Below are positions 20,951-31,183 of a stretch of 64,000 nt of DNA, piece after piece (position 1 is the stretch's first letter; every line of letters starts with the position of its first letter). This stretch comes from Verrucomicrobiota bacterium (lineage in GTDB: Bacteria; Verrucomicrobiota; Verrucomicrobiia; Limisphaerales; JADJPG01). The notes below the pieces were generated by a model. The model worked only from the letters and a program-made list of their open reading frames with translations. It searched no databases and was not told the DNA's origin. The position numbers and the translations under genes were made by a program. The stretch is from positions 52,443 through 116,442 of the forward strand of contig JADJPG010000006.1 of NCBI GenBank assembly GCA_016713365.1. The letters are read 5' to 3'.

Positions 20951-22018
20951 ATGCAAAAACTCGTCATCACCCTGCTCGGGCTCGCCACGCTTGTGCTCGC
21001 CGTCGTTTGCGCAGCTCAATGGCGACAACTTCGTAGCACCCAGGAACGCCTCCACGCTGCCGAGGAACTGCACCGCACGGAAGCCACGGCCCGCGAAGTC
21101 CAGTCCACCAAGCTCGCCGAACTCGAGCGCGCCAACACCCGGCTCGATCAGCAGGTCCGCGAGTTTACCAGCGTCACCACCACACTGCGCACCAAGGACG
21201 CCACGCAATCCAGCAACCTCACCGCCCTCGCTTCACAGCTCCGCACGGCGTCGGGTTCCGACGCGGGTGCCGACTCCAAACCGGGCTTCGGCAAGGAAAT
21301 GGGTGACATGGTGCAGAAGATGATGAAGGACCCCGCCATGCGAGAGATGATGCGCAGCCAGCAGGAATCCGCGATCAAGATGATGTATGGCGGTCTGCTC
21401 AAACAACTGAATCTCTCGCCTGAAGAAAAGGACAAGTTCATGGGCATCCTCACCGATCTCCAGCTCAAGACGATCGAGAACGCCCAGGGATTGTTCGGCG
21501 GAGACACTGCCGCCGTCGATACCACGGCACAAACCCAGGCGATCTCCGATTTCAAGAAACAGGCGGACGCCGAAATCAAGGAACTGCTCGGTGAGGAACG
21601 GAATAACCAGTTCAAGGATTACCAGGCCAACCTCGGCGAACGCATGCAGATCGATCAGCTTCAGGCGCGCCTGACAGAGGCCAATCTTCCTCTGCAAGAG
21701 CAACAATCCGCCCAGCTCCTCGACGCCATGAAGGTGGAAAAGACCGCGGTCCCGCCACCCATCCCCACGGACGCGAACGAGAATCCAGCCAACCTCAAGA
21801 ACCTGATGACGTCCGAGAACATCGACAAACAGATCCAGTGGATGACCGACTACAATCAGCGCGTGCTGGATCGCGCCGCAGGATTTCTGACTCCGGAACA
21901 GCTCAAGAGCTATCGCGAGATGCAGGAACAACAAGCGGCGATGCAACAGATGGGCCTGAAGATGGCGAAGGAAATGTTCGGCAGCGGCAAAGGCGGGGGC
22001 GGCGCACCTGCGAAATAA
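20951..22018 (+). CDS. Membrane-anchored coiled-coil protein with LTXXQ (Spy/CpxP-like) motifs
   Basis: TM MQKLVITLLGLATLVLAVVCAAQW, a long Gln/Glu/Leu-rich helical region, and LNLSPEEKDKF and LTPEQLKSYREMQ motifs. Confidence 0.55.
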   Translation: MQKLVITLLGLATLVLAVVCAAQWRQLRSTQERLHAAEELHRTEATAREVQSTKLAELERANTRLDQQVREFTSVTTTLRTKDATQSSNLTALASQLRTASGSDAGADSKPGFGKEMGDMVQKMMKDPAMREMMRSQQESAIKMMYGGLLKQLNLSPEEKDKFMGILTDLQLKTIENAQGLFGGDTAAVDTTAQTQAISDFKKQADAEIKELLGEERNNQFKDYQANLGERMQIDQLQARLTEANLPLQEQQSAQLLDAMKVEKTAVPPPIPTDANENPANLKNLMTSENIDKQIQWMTDYNQRVLDRAAGFLTPEQLKSYREMQEQQAAMQQMGLKMAKEMFGSGKGGGGAPAK

Positions 22019-22141
22019 ACGCGAAGTTTACGACTTAGCCGATTGTTCATTCGCGCACTTGTGCATGACCACTCGGTCGCGGACGAAAAGCCGCGGCGGT
22101 TGACAGGGGGGATTTCTGGGTAAGGGTAAGGTCACCATTCA

Positions 22142-23221
22142 ATGCAAAGGTTCTCTGCCCTTTTACTCTCACTGGCTTTGGCGCACGCGGCGTCGGCAAG
22201 TGCGGCACCGCCTCAAAACGATGACTTCGCCACGCGGATGCGTTTCATCAGCGAGCGCGTAACCGTGACAGCCAACAGCGCGGAGGCGACGAGGGAGGAG
22301 GGCGAACCAGAATTGTTTCACGGACTGGGTGTGACTCTGTGGTGGGGTTACACCGCACCGAAAACCGGCAAGGTTCGCGTGACCGGAATCGTCGGCGACG
22401 AGATGTGGCCAAACCCGGACGTGCGGGCGCGATTGTTCATTGGAGAATCGCTCGAGACGTTGGTGGATTACAACCCGTGGGGCTTCTTGCTCAGCAGCGA
22501 TGGCAGCCAGACCACGGAATTCGAAGTGATCGCGGGGATGGAATATCAGATCATGACCGACACCATCGTGCCGGCTCCGCACATTGGATATCGCGGCCCT
22601 GTGACGCTGAGTTTCGAGTATCTGCCCACACCAACGAATGACGCATTCGCCAACCGCATGACGGTGACCGGGGATGCTGCGTTGGTGAGTGGAACCACGG
22701 AAGGTGCCACGAGAGAGGCAATGGAGCCGCGTCCGGAGAAAGGGTATGACGAGCACACCGTCTGGTATTCCTGGACGCCGGATACCTCGGGCCGCGCGAA
22801 TTTCGTTTTCACGCCGAAATTCGGCAGCGAAGGAAAACGGCTGGTGGTTTACACGAACCACACGCTGGCGAGCTTGGTTCCCGTCGTTCTCGATGATTGC
22901 TGCAGCTACACTCGCAATTCCTTCAGCGTGACCGGCGGACAAATGTATCATTTGGCAGTGTCGAGTCCGTTCAACGAGACGTCGCCGTTTGAGTTTGCCC
23001 TGTCTTTGAACGCCCGACCCGTGCTCACGGTTCCCACCTTTACGCATTTCGGAATCGTCGTGAACGTGTTCGGCCAACGCGACCGCACGTATCGGGTCGA
23101 GTCCTCGACGAACCTAGTAAATTGGACACCGTTGAGCAGCGGCGGATACGTCGACGATTCAGCGCCGACTCCCCGGCGTTTCTATCGCGCGGTGCTCGTG
23201 CCGGAAGCGTTCGCAAGGTAA
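22142..23221 (+). CDS. Secreted hypothetical protein with two tandem NDxFAxR...ATxExxEP domains
   Basis: Signal peptide MQRFSALLLSLALAHAASASA. Two repeat units start at PPQNDDFATRM..ATREEGEP..LWWGYTAPKTG and PTNDAFANRM..ATREAMEP..VWYSWTPDTSG. Confidence 0.6.
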   Translation: MQRFSALLLSLALAHAASASAAPPQNDDFATRMRFISERVTVTANSAEATREEGEPELFHGLGVTLWWGYTAPKTGKVRVTGIVGDEMWPNPDVRARLFIGESLETLVDYNPWGFLLSSDGSQTTEFEVIAGMEYQIMTDTIVPAPHIGYRGPVTLSFEYLPTPTNDAFANRMTVTGDAALVSGTTEGATREAMEPRPEKGYDEHTVWYSWTPDTSGRANFVFTPKFGSEGKRLVVYTNHTLASLVPVVLDDCCSYTRNSFSVTGGQMYHLAVSSPFNETSPFEFALSLNARPVLTVPTFTHFGIVVNVFGQRDRTYRVESSTNLVNWTPLSSGGYVDDSAPTPRRFYRAVLVPEAFAR

Positions 23222-23510
23222 CGGTCTCCTAAAGGACCAAGGTGCTTCAATAGCCCGATAATCATTGGAGCAGGCGTGAGCACGGTAGAATCAAAGTCGC
23301 CGTTCGGGGAACTTGACCTCCCACCCTAGTTTGCCACACCATCTGATAAGTAATGAAGGCAATGACGAGCAATTATCATGTCGCACTGGCCACCCGCCAG
23401 ACGCGCGTGATTGCCATCGTTGCTGCGATGCGTCCGCTGTGGCTGGTCGCGATTAAGCGCGCACCGGGTGAGCAGGAGGGACCACACTAATCGACATTGA
23501 GATTTCCCAA

Positions 23511-23546
23511 CCCTGCCCACCGAAAGGTCGGCAGGGTTTTTTGTTT
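23511..23546 (+). terminator. Rho-independent terminator (orphan: no annotated gene within ~290 nt upstream)
   Basis: CCCTGCCcACCgaaaGGTcGGCAGGG followed by TTTTTTGTTTT. It ends 4 nt before the MFS start codon. Confidence 0.75.
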
Positions 23547-23549
23547 TCC

Positions 23550-24782
23550 ATGAGCACAACCCATCCCCCGCCCCAACCCCAGCCGCTGCTGTCGACGTTG
23601 CGATCGTTCCCGCGTCCCGTCTGGGTTTTGTTCGCCGGCGTGTTCCTGAACAAGTTCGGCACGTTCGTCGTGCCGTTCCTGACGATTTACCTGACTCGCC
23701 GCGGTTTCAGCGCTACGGAGGCCGGCATGGCGTTCGGCGCGTATGGCGTGGGGCGAATCGCCGCCGCACTGCTGGGCGGCCAGCTCGCGGACACCATTGG
23801 CCGCCGGAATACGATTCTCGTTTCGATGCTGTCCACCGCCGTGATCATGCTGCTGCTCTCGCAGGCGGAATCGTTGCTGGCGATCACGTTGCTCACGGCA
23901 TGCGTCAGCCTGACGGGTGAAATGTATGTGCCGGCGTGCGCCGCGATGCTGGCGGACCTCACGCCGCCGCACCAGCGCGTGACGACGTTCTCGACTTACC
24001 GCATGGCGTTTAATGCAGGATGGGCGTTTGGACCGGCCGCGGCCGCCTTCATCGCAGCGCATTCGTTCACGTGGCTGTTCATCGGCGACGCGATCACCTC
24101 CCTGCTCTTCGCCGTGATCGCATGGCGCTGGTTGCCGAAAGTCCGGAGCACCACGAAGGAAGCCGGCTGGAGCGAAGCCGTGAGCGTTATCGTCCGCGAT
24201 GGACGTTTCCGCCAGGTCGCGCTCGCCACGTTGTTCATCGGTCTCGCGCTCCATCAAGTCGTGTCGACGTTTGGCCTGCACGTCACGTCACTCGGCTTCA
24301 GCGACGCCACTTATGGCACCCTACTCTCCTTCAACGGACTGCTGGTGCTTTGCTGTGAACTGTCGCTCACCCGCGTCACCTCGCGCTATCCGGCGCGGCT
24401 GATGATGGCGACCGGCTATTTGCTGATGGGCCTCGCGCTCACGTTGAACCTGGTGTTCCACACCGTCCCGACGTTGTTTGTCGTCATGGCAGTTCTCACG
24501 CTCGGCGAAATGATCTTCGCGCCCGTGGCGACCGCCTACGTCTCGAGTCTCGCCCCCGCGAACATGCGCGGGCGTTACATCGGCGGCTGGGCGATGGCGA
24601 ACTCCCTCTCCATGGCGCTCGCTCCGAACCTCGGCATGGCGTTGTTCGGATGGAAACCTGCTGCGCTCTGGATGGCGTGTGGTGTCACCGCATTGCTGGC
24701 GGCGATTACCATCGTAAGAAATTCGAGCGAGCGGCGAACAATTCCGACAGTTGCCGCGCCACTGACAGCCCGCAGCGACTGA
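23550..24782 (+). CDS. MFS transporter
   Basis: ~12 predicted hydrophobic segments. Loop motif GGQLADTIGRRNT (MFS motif A-like). ATG 23550 (the ORF opens at TTG 23541 inside the terminator T-run). Confidence 0.85.
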   Translation: MSTTHPPPQPQPLLSTLRSFPRPVWVLFAGVFLNKFGTFVVPFLTIYLTRRGFSATEAGMAFGAYGVGRIAAALLGGQLADTIGRRNTILVSMLSTAVIMLLLSQAESLLAITLLTACVSLTGEMYVPACAAMLADLTPPHQRVTTFSTYRMAFNAGWAFGPAAAAFIAAHSFTWLFIGDAITSLLFAVIAWRWLPKVRSTTKEAGWSEAVSVIVRDGRFRQVALATLFIGLALHQVVSTFGLHVTSLGFSDATYGTLLSFNGLLVLCCELSLTRVTSRYPARLMMATGYLLMGLALTLNLVFHTVPTLFVVMAVLTLGEMIFAPVATAYVSSLAPANMRGRYIGGWAMANSLSMALAPNLGMALFGWKPAALWMACGVTALLAAITIVRNSSERRTIPTVAAPLTARSD

Positions 24783-24825
24783 ACAAGGGCGGAGACGAAA
24801 CGGAACGTGTGCTTTTTCACGCCGC

Positions 24826-24854
24826 TTGACCCGGTGGTTCGTGAGCCCCATATT
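24826..24854 (+). promoter_or_regulatory. Candidate sigma70-type promoter of ssrA
   Basis: TTGACC (24826-31), 17-nt spacer, CATATT (24849-54), ~14 nt before the mature tmRNA 5' end. Confidence 0.4.
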
Positions 24855-24867
24855 GGTCTCGCTCGCT

Positions 24868-25218
24868 GGGGGCGTACTGGTTTCGACCATGAAGAAGCGC
24901 CAGAGGCGGCATGCCGAGGATGGTACGTTGGCCTCGTTAATCATCGGACCAAAAATTAAAAGCTAACGAAGAATTGGCTCTCGCGGCCTAAGTGCCACGA
25001 CGTTCTCACCGCACACCTGCTCAGGTGAAGAACGCAACAGCAGGTTAGGTGAAGTGCGGAGACAGCGCGTATTTCACTGAAGCTATTTCATGCTGGCTAA
25101 GCAGCAGGACTCGAGTTCGGGCGTCATCCTGTAGCCGACAACATACCCCGAACTAAGCATGTAGTCGCGGCTGGTTCTCCTACTTGGGACGCGGGTTCAA
25201 CTCCCGCCGCCTCCACCA
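24868..25218 (+). ncRNA. ssrA: tmRNA (SsrA)
   Basis: 5' GGGGCGTACTGGTTTCGAC pairs with 3' ..GGACGCGGGTTCAACTCCCGCCGCCTCCACCA (tRNA-Ala-like acceptor with G3:U, T-arm, CCA). Internal tag frame ..GCT AAC GAA GAA TTG GCT CTC GCG GCC TAA (ANEELALAA, 24962-24991). Confidence 0.95.
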
Positions 25219-25457
25219 TTTTAGCGTCTTACCGGCGGCAGCACTTAGCCCCCCGGAAATCTCCGTGGCGGCCGCGGCAAATTAGCCGGCAACCTCCCAG
25301 CCAATCGAGCATTCAGGTGGGCGAGTCAATTCGAAGAACAGACTCTGCCCAAGATTGAGCTGGGCGAAACGAATTTCCGGGTGCGAAAGGGGCGCAAGAC
25401 CAACCATGTCACCGCGATGCCCGGGAGACTGGGTTCAGCGATCTAAACGCGATTGGG

Positions 25458-25877
25458 TTAAAACAGTTCTCCATCCTTGAAGAAGCGTTTCAGCTCAACG
25501 GCAGCAGTGTCAGCGGAGTCCGAGGCGTGACAGACGTTGACCATGACATCAACCCCGAAATCGCCACGAATGGTTCCTTTCGACGCCTTTTTGGAGTCAG
25601 TCGGCCCAAGGAGTTCGCGCATTCTGACAACCGCATTCTCCCCTTCGAGCGCCAGCGCGATCACCGGGCTGCGCTGCATAAACCGCTGCACCTCGGGAAA
25701 AAACGGCTTGTCGGCGATATGCGCGTAATGCTCACGCAAGAGTGCGTCCTCGAAGCGGAACATTTTGACTCCGCGAATCCGCAGACCGGCAGCTTCGAAG
25801 CGAGAGGTGACCGAACCCACGATCTGCTTCTCGATCGCGTCAGGTTTGAGCAAAACAAGCGTAGTTTCCAGCGACAT
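25458..25877 (-). CDS. ndk: Nucleoside-diphosphate kinase
   Basis: TLVLLKPDA, LREHYA, GPTDSKKASKGTIRGDFG, NVCHASDS (catalytic His). 139 aa. Confidence 0.95.
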   Translation of the reverse strand: MSLETTLVLLKPDAIEKQIVGSVTSRFEAAGLRIRGVKMFRFEDALLREHYAHIADKPFFPEVQRFMQRSPVIALALEGENAVVRMRELLGPTDSKKASKGTIRGDFGVDVMVNVCHASDSADTAAVELKRFFKDGELF

Positions 25878-25980
25878 AGGACTTCATGGCTAACCCATTG
25901 GACCTCGCCGGTCAATCATTGCGCATTCCTCCTGCTGTCGAATCCAGTCGAATTCGCCCTCGCCAAACGCAAAACACTTC

Positions 25981-26024
25981 ACAAAAAAAGAAGGCGGGCC
26001 TGACAGCAGGCCCGCCTTTTGTTT
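25981..26024 (-). terminator. Bidirectional rho-independent terminator downstream of the phytase-like/PhoX gene
   Basis: GGCGGGCC-tgacagca-GGCCCGCC (25993-26016) is flanked by A7 on the left (T7 on the minus strand) and TTTTGTTT on the right. It lies 30 nt past the minus-strand stop at 26048. Confidence 0.7.
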
Positions 26025-26047
26025 AAACGATACTCTCTGGGCTTTAC

Positions 26048-29000
26048 TCAGCGATTACGGAGCATCAGCAGGAGTTGACCGTCCTCCACAGTGTTCGCCA
26101 CGGGCGCACGGGTTGGCGAGTGCGCCTGCACATCGAACAACCAAGAGTCGGCACCGAAGAGCGTCGTGCCATCGATGATGCCGGAGGTTTCCCACACGCC
26201 AGGAGTCGGTGCGCTGCCATCACGACCCCAGTTGAGAGTTCCGCGACGATGTCGATCTCGCCGTTGAGCAGGTTCAAGTGCCAGATGTTGCCCTTGTGAC
26301 CCGCCCAGCCATCACAGGACGGCTCTGCCCGGTGCCGTCTTCCTGAATCATGATGGAGTCCTTGCCGACGCCAATGTTGTCGGGACTGACAGCAATGTCT
26401 CCGCCCTCAGCAACAATCTGGTCGGCGTTGTAGATGACGCTCAGGCGCGCCGGACCGAGCACGTTGCGGTAGTTCAAACGCGAGCTGGTAGAGGCGGCCA
26501 AGCTGGTTTCCAGGACCACCGCCCGTGGTGTCGAAGAAGAACTGGTTCGGATTATAGGGACGGAATCCGCCATCCTCGACGCGGTCGAAGGCGAAGGCGC
26601 CCACAGCGTCGGAAGCTGCTTCCAGTTCCACGTCGGTCATAGTATCTGCACCAGGAATCTCAACCCAGCGTCCGGTCAGCGAACCTTCCGTGAATTCAAG
26701 TTCATTCGTCGGCCAGCCGTCGTTGGCCACGAAGACGTAGAGCTTGCCGTTATCGAGGCCGTTGCGACGGAGCGGTCCGGCGTTTTTCGAATAGTCCTTT
26801 TGCCCGACATACATGTAGAGCTGGCATTGACCGACTTCGCCATCTTCCATGCACATGATCACCGTTTCCTTGCTGCGGTGCGGACGAGGCACGGCGTTTT
26901 CCCACGCGAGATGGCCGAGCTTCGGCAGCGTCCAGGCGGCGTTATCGAACACCGCCACCGCGATTCCGCCTTTGCCGTCGAAGGTGTTGGTGCCGCCGGA
27001 TTCCTCACCCGCGAAGTAGATCGGGCGGTCAAATCCCGCATCACGCCAGGCCAGGGCGCCGGCGCAGAACCGCGAGAAGGCCGGAGTGCTGTTGCTCACC
27101 GTGGCGGTGGGACCGACGAGCACGTTTTCCGCATACACAGTGTCGTAGGCGACGTCACCGGAGAGCACCGATGAATCAGCAGCGAGCTGGAGCTTTGAGA
27201 CAAATGCGCCGCGATAGAGGCTGGCCCACCAGGGTTCGGAACGCGCGGAGTTCACAACTTCATGGTTCATGAAGAGCGTCGTCGTACCGTCCGGATTACC
27301 GTAGGCACCGAGGCCGTCCGGAATCCCGATCATCTGGAAGAGTTCACCTGGATTGCTCGTGCGCGGAACGCGATCGCCGACGCTGAGGATCGGGATGATG
27401 CTGTAGTCATCACCCACCGGCAGCGCATACGGTGTCACACTGGTGCGGAAGCCAGTCACGCGACCACGACTGTCATGCGGCACATAAACCGTGGTGACGC
27501 CAATCGAGGAATTGCCCGCTTCGTCCGTGCAACGGACCGTGATGGTGTAGAAGCGACCGAAGCCGATGCCGAGACGTTGAGCGCGCAGGTTGGCGGCGAG
27601 CGAACCAGTGACTTCCCAGTCCACCTGATCCACCTCGTCCTTCTTGTCGTTGCGGCGACCTTTCTTGTAGTCATCCTTGTCATCGTCCTTATCGCCCCAG
27701 CCCTTTTTGCGGCGGGAGGATTGCTCGTTGCTGGTGATCGAAATGATCTCCGAAGTAAGCGTACTGGAGCAATTGTCCGTACCAGTAACCGTGACAGTGA
27801 TCGGCACCATTTTGTTGTCGGGCGGCCAGAGCTGTTTGAGGCTCGGCGTCACGCTCGTGATGATGGGAGGCGTCGTATCGACGACGGTCACCGTGGTCGT
27901 GCAGGGAGCGCTTTGGTTACCTGCGGCGTCGGTGCCCACAAACGTGAGCGTGTGCGTGCCGAGTCCGAGCGGCGTCGTCTGCGACGGCGTTTGAGTCACC
28001 GTCACGGGAGCAGCGCTGTTGTCCGCAGTGAGAACCTTCGAGCGCAAGTCGACTAGCGCCGTGCAATTCGTTCCCGCGCTTACGGTCGCCGGAGCCGGGC
28101 AAGTGATCGTGGGCGCAATCGCGTCCGCGCCGATGCGATATGCGAGAAGCATGTTGTCTGCGAAGCTGGTGTTGGTGCCAACCGCGATGCCGTTGTGATA
28201 AACAATGGGAGCCTTGAAGTCGTTGTCGTTACCCACGAGCAAGAGATAGTCGCTCGGCGCCGCGGCGTCGTTGAGCGGAATCACCGCCAGCGCTTCCCAC
28301 TTCTCCGAGAGCGTGTTGATGTTCTGATTCGAGGGCGCGAGATTCAGACCGAACTTGGCGAGTTGGGAAGCACCCAGCATGTCGACCAGATCACGGCTCG
28401 CCACCGCAACGATGTTGCTGGGAAGACCGGCGCGCGGGAGGGAGAGCTGTCCCGGAGCCTGCTTTTCCAGATCGTAAGGAGTTCCGAGAATGTTAGACGC
28501 GGCGCTCGCATCGACTTCCACGACGCGCTTGTAGAGGAAGTTACCGCCGTCACCGCCGAGACCACGACTGTCACGCTGAAGGATGAGATACTTCGTATCG
28601 CTCAACGCGAGGATCTCGCTCACCGGCGTGTGACGGTTGTTCGCTTCCGCTGCACTGAGCGGGAGCACGTGGATGTATTCAGCGATCGGCTGCTGATACG
28701 TCGTGGACGCCGGATCGATATCGAACACGAGGATGCGCGTGTTGCGGCTCGGGTTGCGGCTTTCACCGTCCTGAGTGAGCGGAGACTGGATGCACGCGAC
28801 GAGTTTCTTCCCGTCGGGCGTTACGCTTAGGCCTTCCATGCCGCGATTGTTGTGGCGACCGGAATCCGCCGCGGAGCTCAAGCCGCCGGTCAAGAAATTG
28901 ATCGCGCGGGGATAGTTGGTGCCGAACCGCGGAATCAGCGCGTCCGGCAGCGGCAACGAACCGAGCAGCGCGCCCGCGTTGTCGAAGCGATAGACGAAAG

Positions 29001-29539
29001 GACCGTATTCATCGCTGATGTACCAGTTGCCACCGGCAAACGCGATACCCTCTGGATCGAGGCTCCATTTGCCGCGCCAATCCGCTCGGGAGCGACTGAG
29101 GATGCGTAACGACGTTGGTGTCGTCCGGCTGATATCCGGTGAAGGTGCTGCCGTTGACGGTCAAAACGTAGGTGTCGGTGTTGACGATCACGATTTGATC
29201 CTGGGGCACCGGTCCGGTGCCGGAGTACGGCGTGATGGCGACGGCGAGTTTCTGGATGCGCGGATGGTAATCCTGCAATCCGTCACCAAATCCGCGGTCG
29301 GGAAGACCGAACACGGTGACGTGAATGGTGCCGTTGCTGTGGACGACGGTTGCCGGATCCACCCACATGCCGGAGAAGATGCCGCCGAGCGTGTCCACAC
29401 CTGCGCCGAGTTTGTCGAAAGAATCGCCCGCGAGGCGGCCGACGCCGACCAGGCCGAGATTGACCAGCGGCTGTGCTTGCGCTGCGTCACCGAGCGCAAC
29501 GGCCAACAGGGCCGCCGTGATGACTGGTTTGATTTTCAT
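26048..29539 (-). CDS. Large secreted phytase-like (esterase-like) / HYR / Ig-like / PhoX(DUF839)-like fusion protein (at least four apparent indels)
   Basis: Signal MKIKPVITAALLAVALGDAAQA. Phytase-like block ..KWSLDPEGIAFAGGNWYISDEYGPFVYRFD... HYR-like PTITCPAPATVSAGTNCTALV..TDAAGN, LWPPDNKMVPITV. PhoX-like ..PDGLGAYGNPDGTTTLFMNHE..IMCMEDGE... The tail is read through ORFs 26274-26573, 26065-26277 and a last frame ending ..VEDGQLLLMLRNR-stop at 26048. Confidence 0.75.
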
Positions 29540-29822
29540 AGGGTTCGTGTTTGTTCCACCGAAGGGAGTTGCTTGGTTCTAGGTGATGATGATTCGGGCG
29601 GCCAATGTCATCCCACCAATGCGGAGGAATTCGAATGGTTGCGTTTGAAACATCGCGAGGAGTAAGGCCCCGGCTCGTGGCGAATCGACGACTACACTTT
29701 GACGATTGTGTGAATTGCGGTTGGATCGATCCGCAGTCGCGAACGTTTGGATCAAAATCGTTTCAATGCCGTCACCGAGCGCAACGTCAGAGAAAGCGAT
29801 CACCCGCAACCGTGAACTGACT

Positions 29823-31177
29823 ATGACTCATTCATCTCGACCCATCACCCGTCGTCGTTTCCTCCAATCCACCGCAAAGGCCGCTGCCACCTTCACCATT
29901 CTCGCCGCCGGCTCGGCCCGCACCTACGCCGCGAACGAAAAGCTGAACATCGCGGCGATCGGCATTGGCGGTCAGGGCGCGGGCGACATCGAGAATTTGA
30001 AGAGTCAAAACATCGTCGCGCTTTGCGACGTCGACTGGCGCCACGGCGCTGGCACGTTCACGAAATTTCCCGGCGCCAAGCAGTTCAAGGATTACCGGAA
30101 GATGTTTGATGCGATCCACAAGGAGTTCGACGCCGTGATCGTCGCCACTCCGGATCACCATCACGCCCCGCCTCGATGGCGGCGATCCGGCTCGGCAAGC
30201 ACGTTTACTGCGAGAAGCCCCTGACCCACTCCGCGTGGGAAGCCCGCGAAGTGGCGAAGGCCGCCCGCGCCGCAAAAGTCGCCACTCAAATGGGCAACCA
30301 AGGCCAGGCCTCCGAGGAGACTCGACGGCTTCAAGAGTTCGTCATCGACAATGCCATCGGCGCGATTCGCGAAGTTCACATCTGGACGGATCGCCCTTCG
30401 CGCGGCCTTTTCGACGAATACTGGCCGCAAGGCGTGAGTCGCCCGACCGATACGCCGGCGGTACCGGACACGTTGGACTGGGATATGTGGCTCGGCCCCG
30501 CGCCGGAGCGTCCTTATCACCCGGCCTACCTGCCGGCGAAATGGCGCGGTTGGTGGGATTTCGGAACCGGCGCGCTCGGCGACATCGGCTGCCACTACTT
30601 TGATCCAGTCTTCCGCGCCCTGAAGCTGGGCGCGCCCACGACGGTGGAAGCTTCCTCTACGCGCGTGAACAAGGAGACCTATCCGCTCGGTTCGATGGTC
30701 ACCTACCACTTCCCCGCTCGTGGCGAACTAGCCGCAGTGAAGCTCGTCTGGTATGATGGCGGATTACGACCGGCGCGCCCCGAACAAATTCAGGACAACG
30801 ATGTGATGGGCGACAACGGCCATCTGCTCGTCGGCGAGAAGGGAGTCATTGCAATCAACCGCGGCAAGTGGCGCCTGTATCCGGAGAAACTCGCGCGAGA
30901 TTACGGCGAACCGCCGAAGAAGCTGCTGCGTTCGCCCGGCCATCATCAGGAATGGATCAACGCCTGCAAAGGCGGGCCGGTTGCCGGATCGAATTTCGAC
31001 TGGGCCGGTCCTCTCACTGAGACCGTGTTGCTCGGCAACGTCGCATTGCGTACGCAACTGCGGGAGCAGTTGACCAAGGTGAAGCTGCAGTGGGATTCCG
31101 CGAAGTTCGAGTTCACCAACCTGCCCGAGGCGAATCAGTTCCTGCGCCGCGAATACCGTCAGGGCTGGACGCTGTAA
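29823..31177 (+). CDS. Gfo/Idh/MocA-family oxidoreductase with Tat signal (one apparent 1-nt deletion at ~30170)
   Basis: MTHSSRPITRRRFLQSTAKAAATF, IAAIGIGGQGAGD, ..ATPDHHHAP / (A)SMAAIRLGKHVYCEKPLTHS. GCCCCGCCTCG, where GCCCCGGCCTCG would keep the frame. Confidence 0.85.
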
Positions 31178-31183
31178 CTCGAC

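Noticed and set aside
19643-21208. 521-aa ORF on the minus strand
   Set aside because: It is antisense to mlaD and to the following LTXXQ gene. It is Gly/Glu/Ala/Val-rich shadow translation with no recognisable domain.
23222-23510. Known RNA classes (TPP, cobalamin, guanidine-I/ykkC riboswitches, SRP RNA, 6S RNA, RNase P)
   Set aside because: None of the conserved core motifs I remember for these classes is present. I left the region as an unclassified leader or sRNA candidate.
22169-24281. Minus-strand ORFs 22169-23077 and 23487-24281
   Set aside because: They are antisense to the secreted two-domain protein and the MFS transporter respectively, and their composition is Arg-rich and low-complexity.
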